IMG/VR virus record: IMGVR_UViG_3300030376_006080
Coordinates: 1 to 61,723 of that record
Strand: one strand, 5' to 3'
DNA from: a virus
Taxonomy: Duplodnaviria; Caudoviricetes
Length of the DNA stretch: 61,723 nt
A model generated the notes under the pieces. It saw nothing but the letters and a program-made list of their open reading frames with translations. It had not been told where the DNA came from and made no database searches. Below, piece by piece: positions 18,747 through 26,910 of this stretch. Numbering within the stretch: the first letter of the stretch is position 1; every line of letters begins with the position of its first letter. The translations under genes and the position numbers were made by a program.

Positions 18747-18979
18747 TTCCCTACTGCTAATTTACGTAATGCGTCGAAACTTTCGTTTCCGACAAGTTGT
18801 TTCCACTTCTTTATGACATAGTCATATTCACCCTGACATTCAACAGTACCCATTGATGAGCCGGTTGAACCTACCCAACTACAGATAGCGTACTTGCCTA
18901 GTCGGTTGCATCGCACTAGGTGACGCTTGCCGGTTGGGGTTTCTTTCGTTCGTCTGATTTCGTATGCTGTATAAGCCAT
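18743..18979 (-). CDS. hypothetical protein
   Basis: AAAGGA SD, promoter 19006-19033. Confidence 0.6.
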   Translation of the reverse strand: MAYTAYEIRRTKETPTGKRHLVRCNRLGKYAICSWVGSTGSSMGTVECQGEYDYVIKKWKQLVGNESFDALRKLAVGK

Positions 18980-19042
18980 CTTATTTCCTTTCGTCTTATA
19001 CTAATATTTTACCATAGCATTTCTGATTTGCAAGTATTATTT

Positions 19043-19336
19043 CTAAAAACCTTGAAGACCATGCAAATCGTGCAGCATGTCCCAATGGTCACAAGCTGCG
19101 TTCCAATCTTCAGCTGAAACTTCTTCAGCTTGATTTTCATTTTCGTTTTGGTTTTCGTCAACCATAATATTGTTCCTTTCAAGAACGTCTCGTTGTATTT
19201 CGTTGGCTTGTTCATAGCTCAGTTGGTGGTGTATTTCTACTCCGCCGGTTGGACTAGTAACGCCCAGCACTCTCATACTTGGGATGTATTCAAAAGTGAA
19301 GCCGTTAGTTGTAACTGTTTTAGTACCTTTAATCAT
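19043..19336 (-). CDS. hypothetical protein with acidic C-terminus
   Basis: AAAGGA SD. Confidence 0.6.
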   Translation of the reverse strand: MIKGTKTVTTNGFTFEYIPSMRVLGVTSPTGGVEIHHQLSYEQANEIQRDVLERNNIMVDENQNENENQAEEVSAEDWNAACDHWDMLHDLHGLQGF

Positions 19337-19394
19337 TTTAGTTCCTTTCGTTGAACTGTCTTAATGTCTTATATATATATTATCGTCTAAGGGT

Positions 19395-19906
19395 GTGACA
19401 CGTTAGGTCACTCACTCAGATTATTTTGTAAGAAAGTATACTTTTTTTATCTGTGTGAATATATCTTTTTACACGGGGAGCATAGAACATAATGCTATCG
19501 CCGTCGAACTCAACCAGTTCCGCTGTTGTCTTATACTTCCAGTCACAACGGACACCGCGTCCAGAGATCGCAATCTCGCAATCGTGAGGGATATTTTCGA
19601 TGAAGTTTTCTATTAGTATCATATTATTTCCTTTTGTTATCGTTTCTGTTATGTCTATATTATACCATAACCCTGTGACACGGTTGGTCACTCGTGCCGG
19701 TTGATTATTTATTTTTTGGCAATTTAAAGGTTTTTATTTTCTTCTGTGTTTGCTTCAGCGTGCCGGCTGATAAGCATCCGGTGAATATATCCGCAAAGCG
19801 TTTCTTGCTCGCGTTGTGCATTGCTATTGCTTTTTTTCTGTTGTTCATCATTTCCTTAACTCCTTATATATATATTATCGCACATGGTCGTGACACGTTA
19901 GGTCAC
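19395..19906. promoter_or_regulatory. three GTGAC-N7-GTCAC operator-like inverted repeats
   Basis: At 19395-19411, 19675-19691 and 19890-19906, each where the -35 region of a leftward promoter would lie. Confidence 0.75.
19416..19622 (-). CDS. hypothetical protein
   Basis: MILIENF... with AAAGGA SD. Confidence 0.55.
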   Translation of the reverse strand: MILIENFIENIPHDCEIAISGRGVRCDWKYKTTAELVEFDGDSIMFYAPRVKRYIHTDKKSILSYKII

Positions 19907-19950
19907 TCGTAAGACATTTTTTCAAAATAATATATTATTTATCTCAAAAC

Positions 19951-20005
19951 CCCCACCGATAGGGGGTCAGCGGGGCGCCCCGCACCACTCCCCCCACTAG
20001 AGGGG
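19951..20005. repeat. 55-bp tripartite dyad element, copy 6
   Basis: CCCCAC-CGAT-AGGGGG ... GCGGGGCGCCCCGC ... CCCCCC-ACTA-GAGGGG; abuts the stop at 20006. Confidence 0.9.
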
Positions 20006-20170
20006 TTAACCCCAATAGTCAGGATCGTCAAAGACCATAAACAGATCGTTCGGCAGTTCCATCACAGGCTCGCCTTCCCACATCTCCGCCTCCCATTCAG
20101 CCTGTGCGTCGTACAGGTCAGCGGCGGTCAGTTCGTCGGATTGTGGGTTGGTGTCAAATTTAGAAAACAT
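20006..20170 (-). CDS. highly acidic 54-aa protein, single-gene unit
   Basis: Manual translation MFSKFDTNPQSDELTAADLYDAQAEWEAEMWEGEPVMELPNDLFMVFDDPDYWG; promoter 20208-20236. Confidence 0.65.
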   Translation of the reverse strand: MFSKFDTNPQSDELTAADLYDAQAEWEAEMWEGEPVMELPNDLFMVFDDPDYWG

Positions 20171-20273
20171 AGTAAAACCTTTCGAGGAGTGAATTTGTTA
20201 TGCCTTGATTATACTATAAGTATCGGCAGATGTCAATAGCAAACTTGAGAAAAAAACAAATTATTTCAGAAAC

Positions 20274-20328
20274 CCCCACCATCGGGGGGCGCGCGGGCCG
20301 GCACGTACCATTCCCCCCACTAGAGGGG
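20274..20328. repeat. 55-bp tripartite dyad element, copy 7
   Basis: CCCCAC-CATC-GGGGGG ... GCGGGCCGGCACGT ... CCCCCC-ACTA-GAGGGG. Confidence 0.9.
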
Positions 20329-20356
20329 CATATTGTCTGGCAACATCAGCATGTAC

Positions 20357-20392
20357 AAAAAAACCGCCTGCAAGGTTTCCCCTGCAGACGGC
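20357..20392 (-). terminator. intrinsic terminator
   Basis: GCCGUCUGCAGGG/CCUUGCAGGCGGU stem plus U-tract. Confidence 0.8.
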
Positions 20393-20413
20393 CAACGAAA
20401 GGAATCTGCTCTA

Positions 20414-20686
20414 TTATTTAGAAGCGGAACAGAACGCCGTTTCTCCCATGTGTGCTTCACACCATGAATCAGTCCATTCACTAAATCCACAGTCGGCACA
20501 AATCTTATTGTAATCATATGCGGGATACGTCAACTCCTGCATCTTGAGAGGTTTCATCTCTATGATCTCAGCGCCACCCTCTACCTTTGCCGATGTACTA
20601 CACCCTAGCAATAGGGCACAGCATAACCCAGCCAATAAAGCTAATGTACATAGTGCCGCCGCTTTTACTTCTGTTTCTTTAGCCAT
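20414..20686 (-). CDS. putative lipoprotein
   Basis: MAKETEVKAAALCTLALLAGLCCALLLG-C lipobox-like; Cys-rich C-terminus. Confidence 0.5.
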   Translation of the reverse strand: MAKETEVKAAALCTLALLAGLCCALLLGCSTSAKVEGGAEIIEMKPLKMQELTYPAYDYNKICADCGFSEWTDSWCEAHMGETAFCSASK

Positions 20687-20983
20687 GCTAATAAACCTTT
20701 CTTTTTTGTTTGTTCTTTCTTCCTGTTGTCCAGCCGCTGGAATTCCCTCGCCAACTGTATTGCGTGTATTCTTCGCATACGCATTATTACTTACTCCAAA
20801 AAATTCATATTCGCTTATTGTCATTAGTTCACCATTGACATATAAAGACCAAAGGATGCGATGCACGAAGCACCAAGCCAAAACAGATATTCGTTAAACT
20901 TCTCTTTCATTACTTTATCTCCCAAGGACAAGCCAATGCCATAACATAAACAGACACAATCATAATACCTAAAACTAATTCCA

Positions 20984-21166
20984 TTACACGCACTCCATAT
21001 TATATTCGTGTTCTGCTTGCCCGTAATCGTCACAGTTAAACACGGGTATACCGTCAACAATTACCTCGTAAACTTCACAATGCCTATTGCGTACTAATTC
21101 AACCAATCGGCCATTGTCGTCCGCTTCTGATTTATATACTACAAAATCCATATCGTTTCCTTTCAT
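20984..21166 (-). CDS. small acidic hypothetical protein
   Basis: Promoter 21173-21200; probable start MDFVVY. Confidence 0.55.
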   Translation of the reverse strand: MKGNDMDFVVYKSEADDNGRLVELVRNRHCEVYEVIVDGIPVFNCDDYGQAEHEYNMECV

Positions 21167-21315
21167 GCTCTTATTATATAATACTTATCGGCGTTTGCAA
21201 CTAAAAACTTTAGGAAATTTGGCAACTTCTCCGTCACCCCTGTCCTAGTGTTGACCCCCCTAACCAGTGTCGGACTGGCTTGGGATGTACACCTGTCCGG
21301 AATTCGCCGCACCTT

Positions 21316-21522
21316 CTAGCCATACATTTGTTCGTTGCGTTGCTTCCTCTTGAATTCATTATAGTAGTCAATGCTGAATTGGTAGCTGTCGATTGACTCC
21401 TGCACTCTTTCGGGTGTCCAGAATCCATCGAACTGTTTATTATCCATCTTAGCCTGCATGTGATTGCGTTGTTTGATGTCTTGGTCATTCAGTGCGTCTA
21501 GTGCTGTTCGTTTGTGTGTCAT
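21316..21522 (-). CDS. hypothetical protein
   Basis: AAGGAG SD, promoter 21559-21587. Confidence 0.6.
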   Translation of the reverse strand: MTHKRTALDALNDQDIKQRNHMQAKMDNKQFDGFWTPERVQESIDSYQFSIDYYNEFKRKQRNEQMYG

Positions 21523-21626
21523 ATCTGACTCCTTTAGTTCCTTAATTGTTATATACTAAGTATATACTATATATCGTCATTTGTCAATAGGTACTTGAGT
21601 ATTTTCTCAGAATAATCCTATTTATT

Positions 21627-22130
21627 TTAGAGGGGGAAATCCTCTATATCGTGCATCCAATCGTGCCATTCTTCCTGTGGGCTGGATATAGCGTAGCCTA
21701 GTGGGTGCTTCCTCTTAGTATCACAGAACGCCTGTAGGTCTGATCCGTGCGCCCATTTAATTGCTATCCCTTCAGGCTTTACCCATACAAAGAATACATA
21801 ATCAAAGTGTTCAGGCGATACTGCTTTATGTAGGTAACGTACAGCGCCGGTTGACTTATTCAGTTGTGCTAGTGACGACTTAACCTCTACCCTTACTGGC
21901 TTGTCATCTAGGTCTACTGTTATATCCCAAGCGTGCGTTGGTGCTGTTACGCTTGCACGATAGCCGGTGTTCTTAGTAATGTAATCAGCTATCCATCGCT
22001 CGCATATCGTGCCTCGTTCCGTTCGTCCCATTAATGACAGCTCATAAGCCGCTTCATTCTTATCGGCACTGTATAGGCTTTCGGTCTTTTCGTTTGAGTG
22101 TCGTTTAATGTCTTGTAGTGTGATTGTCAT
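21627..22130 (-). CDS. PD-(D/E)XK nuclease-fold protein
   Basis: G..CE...WDITV...RVEVKSS...FDYVFFV; promoter 22172-22200. Confidence 0.65.
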   Translation of the reverse strand: MTITLQDIKRHSNEKTESLYSADKNEAAYELSLMGRTERGTICERWIADYITKNTGYRASVTAPTHAWDITVDLDDKPVRVEVKSSLAQLNKSTGAVRYLHKAVSPEHFDYVFFVWVKPEGIAIKWAHGSDLQAFCDTKRKHPLGYAISSPQEEWHDWMHDIEDFPL

Positions 22131-22248
22131 AACTTTGCTTTCGTTGTTGTTGTGTTGCTTGTTATGCTTTAAGTATATTATATATATCGACACATTGCAA
22201 TAGATACTTAACCATTTTCTCAGAATAATCTGATTTATTTTTCGTTTA

Positions 22249-22303
22249 CCCCCCTCGTGGGGGGTGTGCGGGGCGGCCCGTTCCTTCCCCCTCTATCGGG
22301 GGG
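22249..22303. repeat. 55-bp tripartite dyad element, copy 8
   Basis: CCCCCC-TCGT-GGGGGG ... GCGGGGCGGCCCGT ... CCCCTC-TATC-GGGGGG. Confidence 0.85.
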
Positions 22304-22308
22304 AGAAA

Positions 22309-22554
22309 TTATTCACTACCGTGCTGATCGCAGAATCGCTGCTTAGCTTCACCGTAAGCCGCACGACCTTCCGCGAATGCTGGTACAGCCCAGTAGCCAT
22401 ACCGTTCGTTCCAAACGATCTCAACATCTCCATTAGCTTCAATGAAGCTATCCTTATTGAAGTCGTTAGTAAACAATGCGTGTGCATCGCTGTTAGGCTT
22501 TTCCACTGAAGGAGATTGTGGGTAAGCGGCTGGTTGTAGTTCTGAAACTCTCAT
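22309..22554 (-). CDS. hypothetical protein
   Basis: Promoter 22600-22628; the stop is 5 nt from repeat copy 8. Confidence 0.6.
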   Translation of the reverse strand: MRVSELQPAAYPQSPSVEKPNSDAHALFTNDFNKDSFIEANGDVEIVWNERYGYWAVPAFAEGRAAYGEAKQRFCDQHGSE

Positions 22555-22637
22555 TGTATTATTCCCTTTCGTTGGAATGTTGTTGTTTGTTATGTTCTTA
22601 TTATATTATATATATCGGCATTTGTCAATAGCTATCT

Positions 22638-22808
22638 TTAGCTATTTATTGTATTTTGTAAAGTTTTTTTCTTGTCCCACAATCGCTGTAGTTCATTGAA
22701 TACACAGTTCTTATTGAACTGTCCTAATTCGTTAGCGTGTTCAGCAACCTTCTTTTCGATGTTGCGGTTTACTTTGAACAGTTCTAGTTTAGCTTCGTTG
22801 CGAGTCAT
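22638..22808 (-). CDS. small helical protein (56 aa)
   Basis: Manual translation MTRNEAKLELFKVNRNIEKK...; AAAGGA SD; promoter 22851-22879. Confidence 0.55.
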   Translation of the reverse strand: MTRNEAKLELFKVNRNIEKKVAEHANELGQFNKNCVFNELQRLWDKKKTLQNTINS

Positions 22809-23117
22809 GTTGTGTTCCTTTCGAGAACGTTGTTTAATTGTTATACTAGTAGTATATACTAAGTATCGTCAAAAGTCAATAGCAATCTTAACTATTTTAA
22901 GAAATAATTCTAATTAATTCTGTTGTATAAAAGTATACTGCATACACAACAATAACCGTTAATGATACCTTACCTACTATCTCGATTACTTTATCTACCA
23001 TTGTCGTTTCCTTTTTTTTGTTTTCGTTTACTAACTTAACTACTTAACTATAACATATATCGGCTATAAGTCAAGTATTACTTTAATATAATATCGAGAT
23101 AAGTATATCTTTTTTAT

Positions 23118-23202
23118 TGGCAGTATCTACTGTCATAATGGCACCCTATACTTTTCTATTCTGTCACGTTGGCAGTACCTATTGTCGTTGTGGCCGGGGG
23201 GG
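23118..23202. repeat. phased TGTCN-N3-TGGC sites plus G7 run
   Basis: TGGC half-sites at 23118, 23139, 23170 and 23191 (21/31/21 bp apart). Confidence 0.6.
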
Positions 23203-23236
23203 TTCAAACATTAAGTCGAAAATATTTCTGTATGTC

Positions 23237-24067
23237 TTACCCAATCCTTCCAGACCTCCCCTCATCGCTCCAAGTCGCCGCTTTTTTTAGATTCTCTTCG
23301 GCCCAAAGTGGTTGCAAGTTGCTATAATGGAAACATTTCTGTATTTCTTCCTCTTTTGTGAGGTCAAATGATGCGCATGGCCGTATATGATCTATGTGCC
23401 ACCCATATAAGCTATAATTTTCCCAATTCATGCCCGGTTTGAACTGTTTTTCTATATGCGCCACCAATTCTTCCTTAGTGCAGCCTATATATTTCAAGAT
23501 ACTGTTCTTTTTCCAAATACCCTTAGCCTTTAGTAGCTTGGTTAGCCTTTTTGACTGCGCCTTTCTTACTTTTTGATGAGGCTTATCTCTATATTCCTTT
23601 ATTTTGTCCCAGTTCTCGCCCCTATACTTTCTCTGCCACTCCTGTCGGTACTCTTTATTCTTTTGGTAGTAGTCTCTATAATACTGCTTTTTGTTGGCGT
23701 AAGTTTTTTCATGGTATTTTTTAGCGTATTCTTTGGAACACTCTTTACATTTTGCACTTGTTCGGTATTGATGTGACTTATAGAAATCGCCCACAGGTCT
23801 TCTCTCCCCGCACATCTTACATGGTTGCCCCTTTGTATCACACTCTTGTGTAAACATCTCCCTTTTTTTCTTGTTCGCCTCTTTTCTGCGCTCAGCTATT
23901 TCTTCTTTGGACATTAAAAGACCATTTCGCCTCTCCCTTTTTCGTTTATTATGACAAGCTTTACACCTAGTACTCAGCTTAGCACCATTCTTATGGAAGA
24001 ACTCACTAGTATACTCTTTATATTCATCACACCCGGTACAGAATTTCATGTTTTTCTCGCTATCCAT
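23237..24067 (-). CDS. HNH endonuclease with N-terminal Zn fingers (homing-endonuclease-like)
   Basis: CxxC pairs; YIGC..EL..HIEKQF..GMNWENY...WHIDHIRP..SFDL...CFHYSNLQPLWAEENLKK. Confidence 0.85.
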   Translation of the reverse strand: MDSEKNMKFCTGCDEYKEYTSEFFHKNGAKLSTRCKACHNKRKRERRNGLLMSKEEIAERRKEANKKKREMFTQECDTKGQPCKMCGERRPVGDFYKSHQYRTSAKCKECSKEYAKKYHEKTYANKKQYYRDYYQKNKEYRQEWQRKYRGENWDKIKEYRDKPHQKVRKAQSKRLTKLLKAKGIWKKNSILKYIGCTKEELVAHIEKQFKPGMNWENYSLYGWHIDHIRPCASFDLTKEEEIQKCFHYSNLQPLWAEENLKKAATWSDEGRSGRIG

Positions 24068-24199
24068 ATCGCCCTTTCCTTCCTGCTAATATCCTATTTG
24101 TTTTGTATTTTTCAAATTAGGTCTTTTTTTGTGTATAGTTTTTTACAAAAGCCTATTATTATTATAGGTAATTTTATATTTTAGTGCAATGGAGATAAC

Positions 24200-24385
24200 A
24201 TGTCACACGATAAAAATCAACCGAAACAGGTAGAATCTGAGTTCGTGGCGCGCGCTTCCGGGGAGCTAGAGGAGTCTGTGGCTTCTGAATTAGAAATTGA
24301 AGACCCGGCGACTGAAGAAGCTGCAGCTATCATTGAGGAACTAACTGTTAATGTTATTATAGAAGAAGAGGGCGGCGACAGTTAA
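24200..24385 (+). CDS. small acidic protein
   Basis: GGAG SD; first gene after the late motif. Confidence 0.55.
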   Translation: MSHDKNQPKQVESEFVARASGELEESVASELEIEDPATEEAAAIIEELTVNVIIEEEGGDS

Positions 24386-24888
24386 TGAAGATACCTAGTA
24401 ATATGTCAGAACAGGAAGTTGTTGACGTTATTACTAAAGTTGCCGACAAGTTGTCTAATAAATATACGTTTGCGTTTTATTCGATAGAAGACATTAAGCA
24501 GGAGGCTTTTATTATAGGTATGGAAGCTCTTGAAAGATATAATGAATCTAGACCACTAGAAAATTTCTTGTTTGTACATATAGCCAACAGACTTAAGAAC
24601 TTTAAGAGAGACAATTATTATCGACAGGACGAAGGCAAGGCAGAAAATGTCCAGAGAAGAAAAAAGAATCTTCTTGAAGCACATAGTATCGAAAACTTTA
24701 GTATAATGAGAGAAGATCAAGATGTTTTATCCAGAATCTCTGATCTAGAAATAAAAGAGCTAGTAAAAAACAACATACCAGCGAATATGAGGGCTGATTA
24801 TCTCAGACTGTGTTCGGGTGTATCTATATCTAAAAAGAGAAGGCTTGAAATAGAGAGTATAATTAAAAAGATTGTTGAGGGGGAATAA
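24385..24888 (+). CDS. phage sigma-factor-like protein (sigma70 region 2)
   Basis: EDIKQEAFIIGMEALERY...LENFLFVHIANRLKNFKRD. Confidence 0.7.
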   Translation: MKIPSNMSEQEVVDVITKVADKLSNKYTFAFYSIEDIKQEAFIIGMEALERYNESRPLENFLFVHIANRLKNFKRDNYYRQDEGKAENVQRRKKNLLEAHSIENFSIMREDQDVLSRISDLEIKELVKNNIPANMRADYLRLCSGVSISKKRRLEIESIIKKIVEGE

Positions 24889-24890
24889 TT

Positions 24891-25706
24891 ATGTCTGAAA
24901 CTAGCAAAGACAAGAAGAAGGGACGGTTCTCGGTAGAAGAGATTGAATTTATCGAGCAGAACTGCGAGGCTCTTTCTCCTGAGCACATAGCGGATCAGCT
25001 AGACAGAAATGTATCGTCGGTTAAAAACTGGATCGAAACGAATGTTGGGCTGTCTAAAAGTCAGAAGAAGGAAATAGAGGCTCATCAGGAATTAAAAAGT
25101 AAACCATACTTTAAGGAGCTTTTAACTCAGTTCTCGAGTTCCGAATTAGAGCTTTTTCAGTTCCACTTCGCCAAAATGTGGGCGCAGTTCAAAGACGACG
25201 TGTTTCACACAGAAGAAATCCAAATCGTGGATACAATTAAGCTTGAGATTCTAATGAATAGGATCTTAACGACACAGCAAGAAAATCTAGATGACATTGA
25301 GGGCGTTCAGGCTCTCATCATAGCCGAGAAACAAAGAGATAAAGAAGATCAGGACCGTGACTACATCTCGTCGTTAGAACGGCAAATAGCTATGCAGAGG
25401 GCCGCGCAAGAGACGCTATCCAAGGATTACAAAGATCTTCAAGCACGAAAAGCAACAATGCTCAAGGATCTAAAAGGTACTCGTGAGCAAAGAATCAAAG
25501 CTATAGAAGACTCTAAGCTAACGTTTGCGTCTTTGGTGAAAAAGATTGCATCAGATCCTACTTTTAGAACCAAGATAGGTATAGAGATGGAAAAAATGCG
25601 ATTAGCTACAGCCGCAGAGAAAGAGCGTTTATCGGAATACATTAAATACGAAGATGGTCAATTAGACCAACCGTTTCTAACAAGTGATACTTTTAAAGGT
25701 GAATAA
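24891..25706 (+). CDS. HTH plus coiled-coil protein, probable terminase small subunit
   Basis: N-terminal Myb/HTH-like (FSVEEIEFI...IADQLDRNVSSV), long coiled coil, upstream of TerL. Confidence 0.5.
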   Translation: MSETSKDKKKGRFSVEEIEFIEQNCEALSPEHIADQLDRNVSSVKNWIETNVGLSKSQKKEIEAHQELKSKPYFKELLTQFSSSELELFQFHFAKMWAQFKDDVFHTEEIQIVDTIKLEILMNRILTTQQENLDDIEGVQALIIAEKQRDKEDQDRDYISSLERQIAMQRAAQETLSKDYKDLQARKATMLKDLKGTREQRIKAIEDSKLTFASLVKKIASDPTFRTKIGIEMEKMRLATAAEKERLSEYIKYEDGQLDQPFLTSDTFKGE

Positions 25707-25707
25707 T

Positions 25708-26910
25708 ATGAAAACAGCGATTGTTTTTGGAGTTACAGGCCAAGACGGAAGTTATTTAACTGACTTGCTAATATCAAAAAATTATAGAGTAGTTGGTGTC
25801 GCTAGAAGGAGTAGCGTAGACACAACCGAAAGAATTGGCGAACACCAAAAAAATGAAAACTTTATCCTAGTTGAAGGAGACATCACTGATGGATTTTGTG
25901 TTTCCGACATTATTAATAAATACGAGCCAGACGAAGTTTATAACCTTGCTGCTCAATCTCATGTTGGTACGTCTTTTAAGCAACCGACTCTTACTTGGGA
26001 TGTGACCGCCGGAGGATGCCTAAATATCCTAGAGGCGATTAGAGTTTCTCCAAGAGTTAAAGATATTAGATTTTATCAAGCCTCTTCTAGCGAAATGTTT
26101 GGCAAAAACTTTACCGTTGTTGCTGAAACAGAAGAAAGCGTAGGTGATAGTCTTATTGTTGGCATCACTGAAGGTTCGACAACTACATATAAAAAATATC
26201 AAGACGAAAACACAGCGTTTATGCCTCAGTCTCCATACGCTATAGCTAAGCTAGCTGCACACCATCTAGTTAGAAACTACAGGGATAGTTATGGGATTCA
26301 TGCTTCTAGCGGAATTTTATTTAATCACGAGAGCGAGCGACGAGGTGAAAACTTTGTTACTCGCAAAATAACGAAGTGGATCGGAAGATTTTTAGCTTGG
26401 GAAAAACAAAACAGCCCACTACCGCCGTCGTTGTGCGGATTTGGAACTAGCGAAGAGGATATCTACATGCCTAGAGAGAGAATGTATTTAGATATGATTA
26501 AAACACCGATATTTCCTAAGTTAAGACTTGGGAATCTAAAAGCAAGGAGGGATTGGGGTCATGCAAAAGATTACGTCCGAGGAATGTGGCTCATGCTGCA
26601 AGAAGAAGAACCAGACGATTATGTCATCGCTACTGGAGAGACACACAGTGTTGAGGAATTTTTGGAACACGCTTTTAGGCACGCTGGTCTTGGTAATTGG
26701 AACCAGTACGTGTACATTGACCCTGAGTTCTTTAGACCCGCTGAAGTTGATTACCTACTTGGTAACCCGGCCAAAGCAAGAGAAGAGCTTGGATGGGAAC
26801 CCGAAATCAAATTCAGAAGACTAGCAGAATTAATGACGGAGGCAGATATAAATGAGGAATTACGACGATCCGGCTTACAAGAAGTTTCGGAAGGATGTCC
26901 TGAAGCGTGA
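25708..26910 (+). CDS. gmd: GDP-mannose 4,6-dehydratase
   Basis: GVTGQDGSYL, NLAAQSHV, QASSSEMFG, SPYAIAK, LFNHES.RRG..FVTRKI, RDWGHAKDYV, RPAEVDYLLG. Confidence 0.95.
   Translation: MKTAIVFGVTGQDGSYLTDLLISKNYRVVGVARRSSVDTTERIGEHQKNENFILVEGDITDGFCVSDIINKYEPDEVYNLAAQSHVGTSFKQPTLTWDVTAGGCLNILEAIRVSPRVKDIRFYQASSSEMFGKNFTVVAETEESVGDSLIVGITEGSTTTYKKYQDENTAFMPQSPYAIAKLAAHHLVRNYRDSYGIHASSGILFNHESERRGENFVTRKITKWIGRFLAWEKQNSPLPPSLCGFGTSEEDIYMPRERMYLDMIKTPIFPKLRLGNLKARRDWGHAKDYVRGMWLMLQEEEPDDYVIATGETHSVEEFLEHAFRHAGLGNWNQYVYIDPEFFRPAEVDYLLGNPAKAREELGWEPEIKFRRLAELMTEADINEELRRSGLQEVSEGCPEA

Larger units (their letters stand above)
3366..22879 (-). promoter_or_regulatory. series of at least 21 sigma70-like early promoters
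   Basis: TTG(A/C/T)NN-N16/17-TA(T/A)A(A/C)T with the -10 box starting at 3366, 4774, 5333, 9496, 11009, 11960, 13461, 13922, 14443, 15285, 16107, 16331, 17249, 17631, 19006, 20208, 21173, 21559, 22172, 22600, 22851. Confidence 0.85.

Noticed and set aside
12030-22303. 55-bp elements as CRISPR repeats or ordinary rho-independent terminators
   Set aside because: Spacing is 0.3-2.1 kb with genes in between. There are no consistent U-tails, and separate terminators already exist next to several copies.
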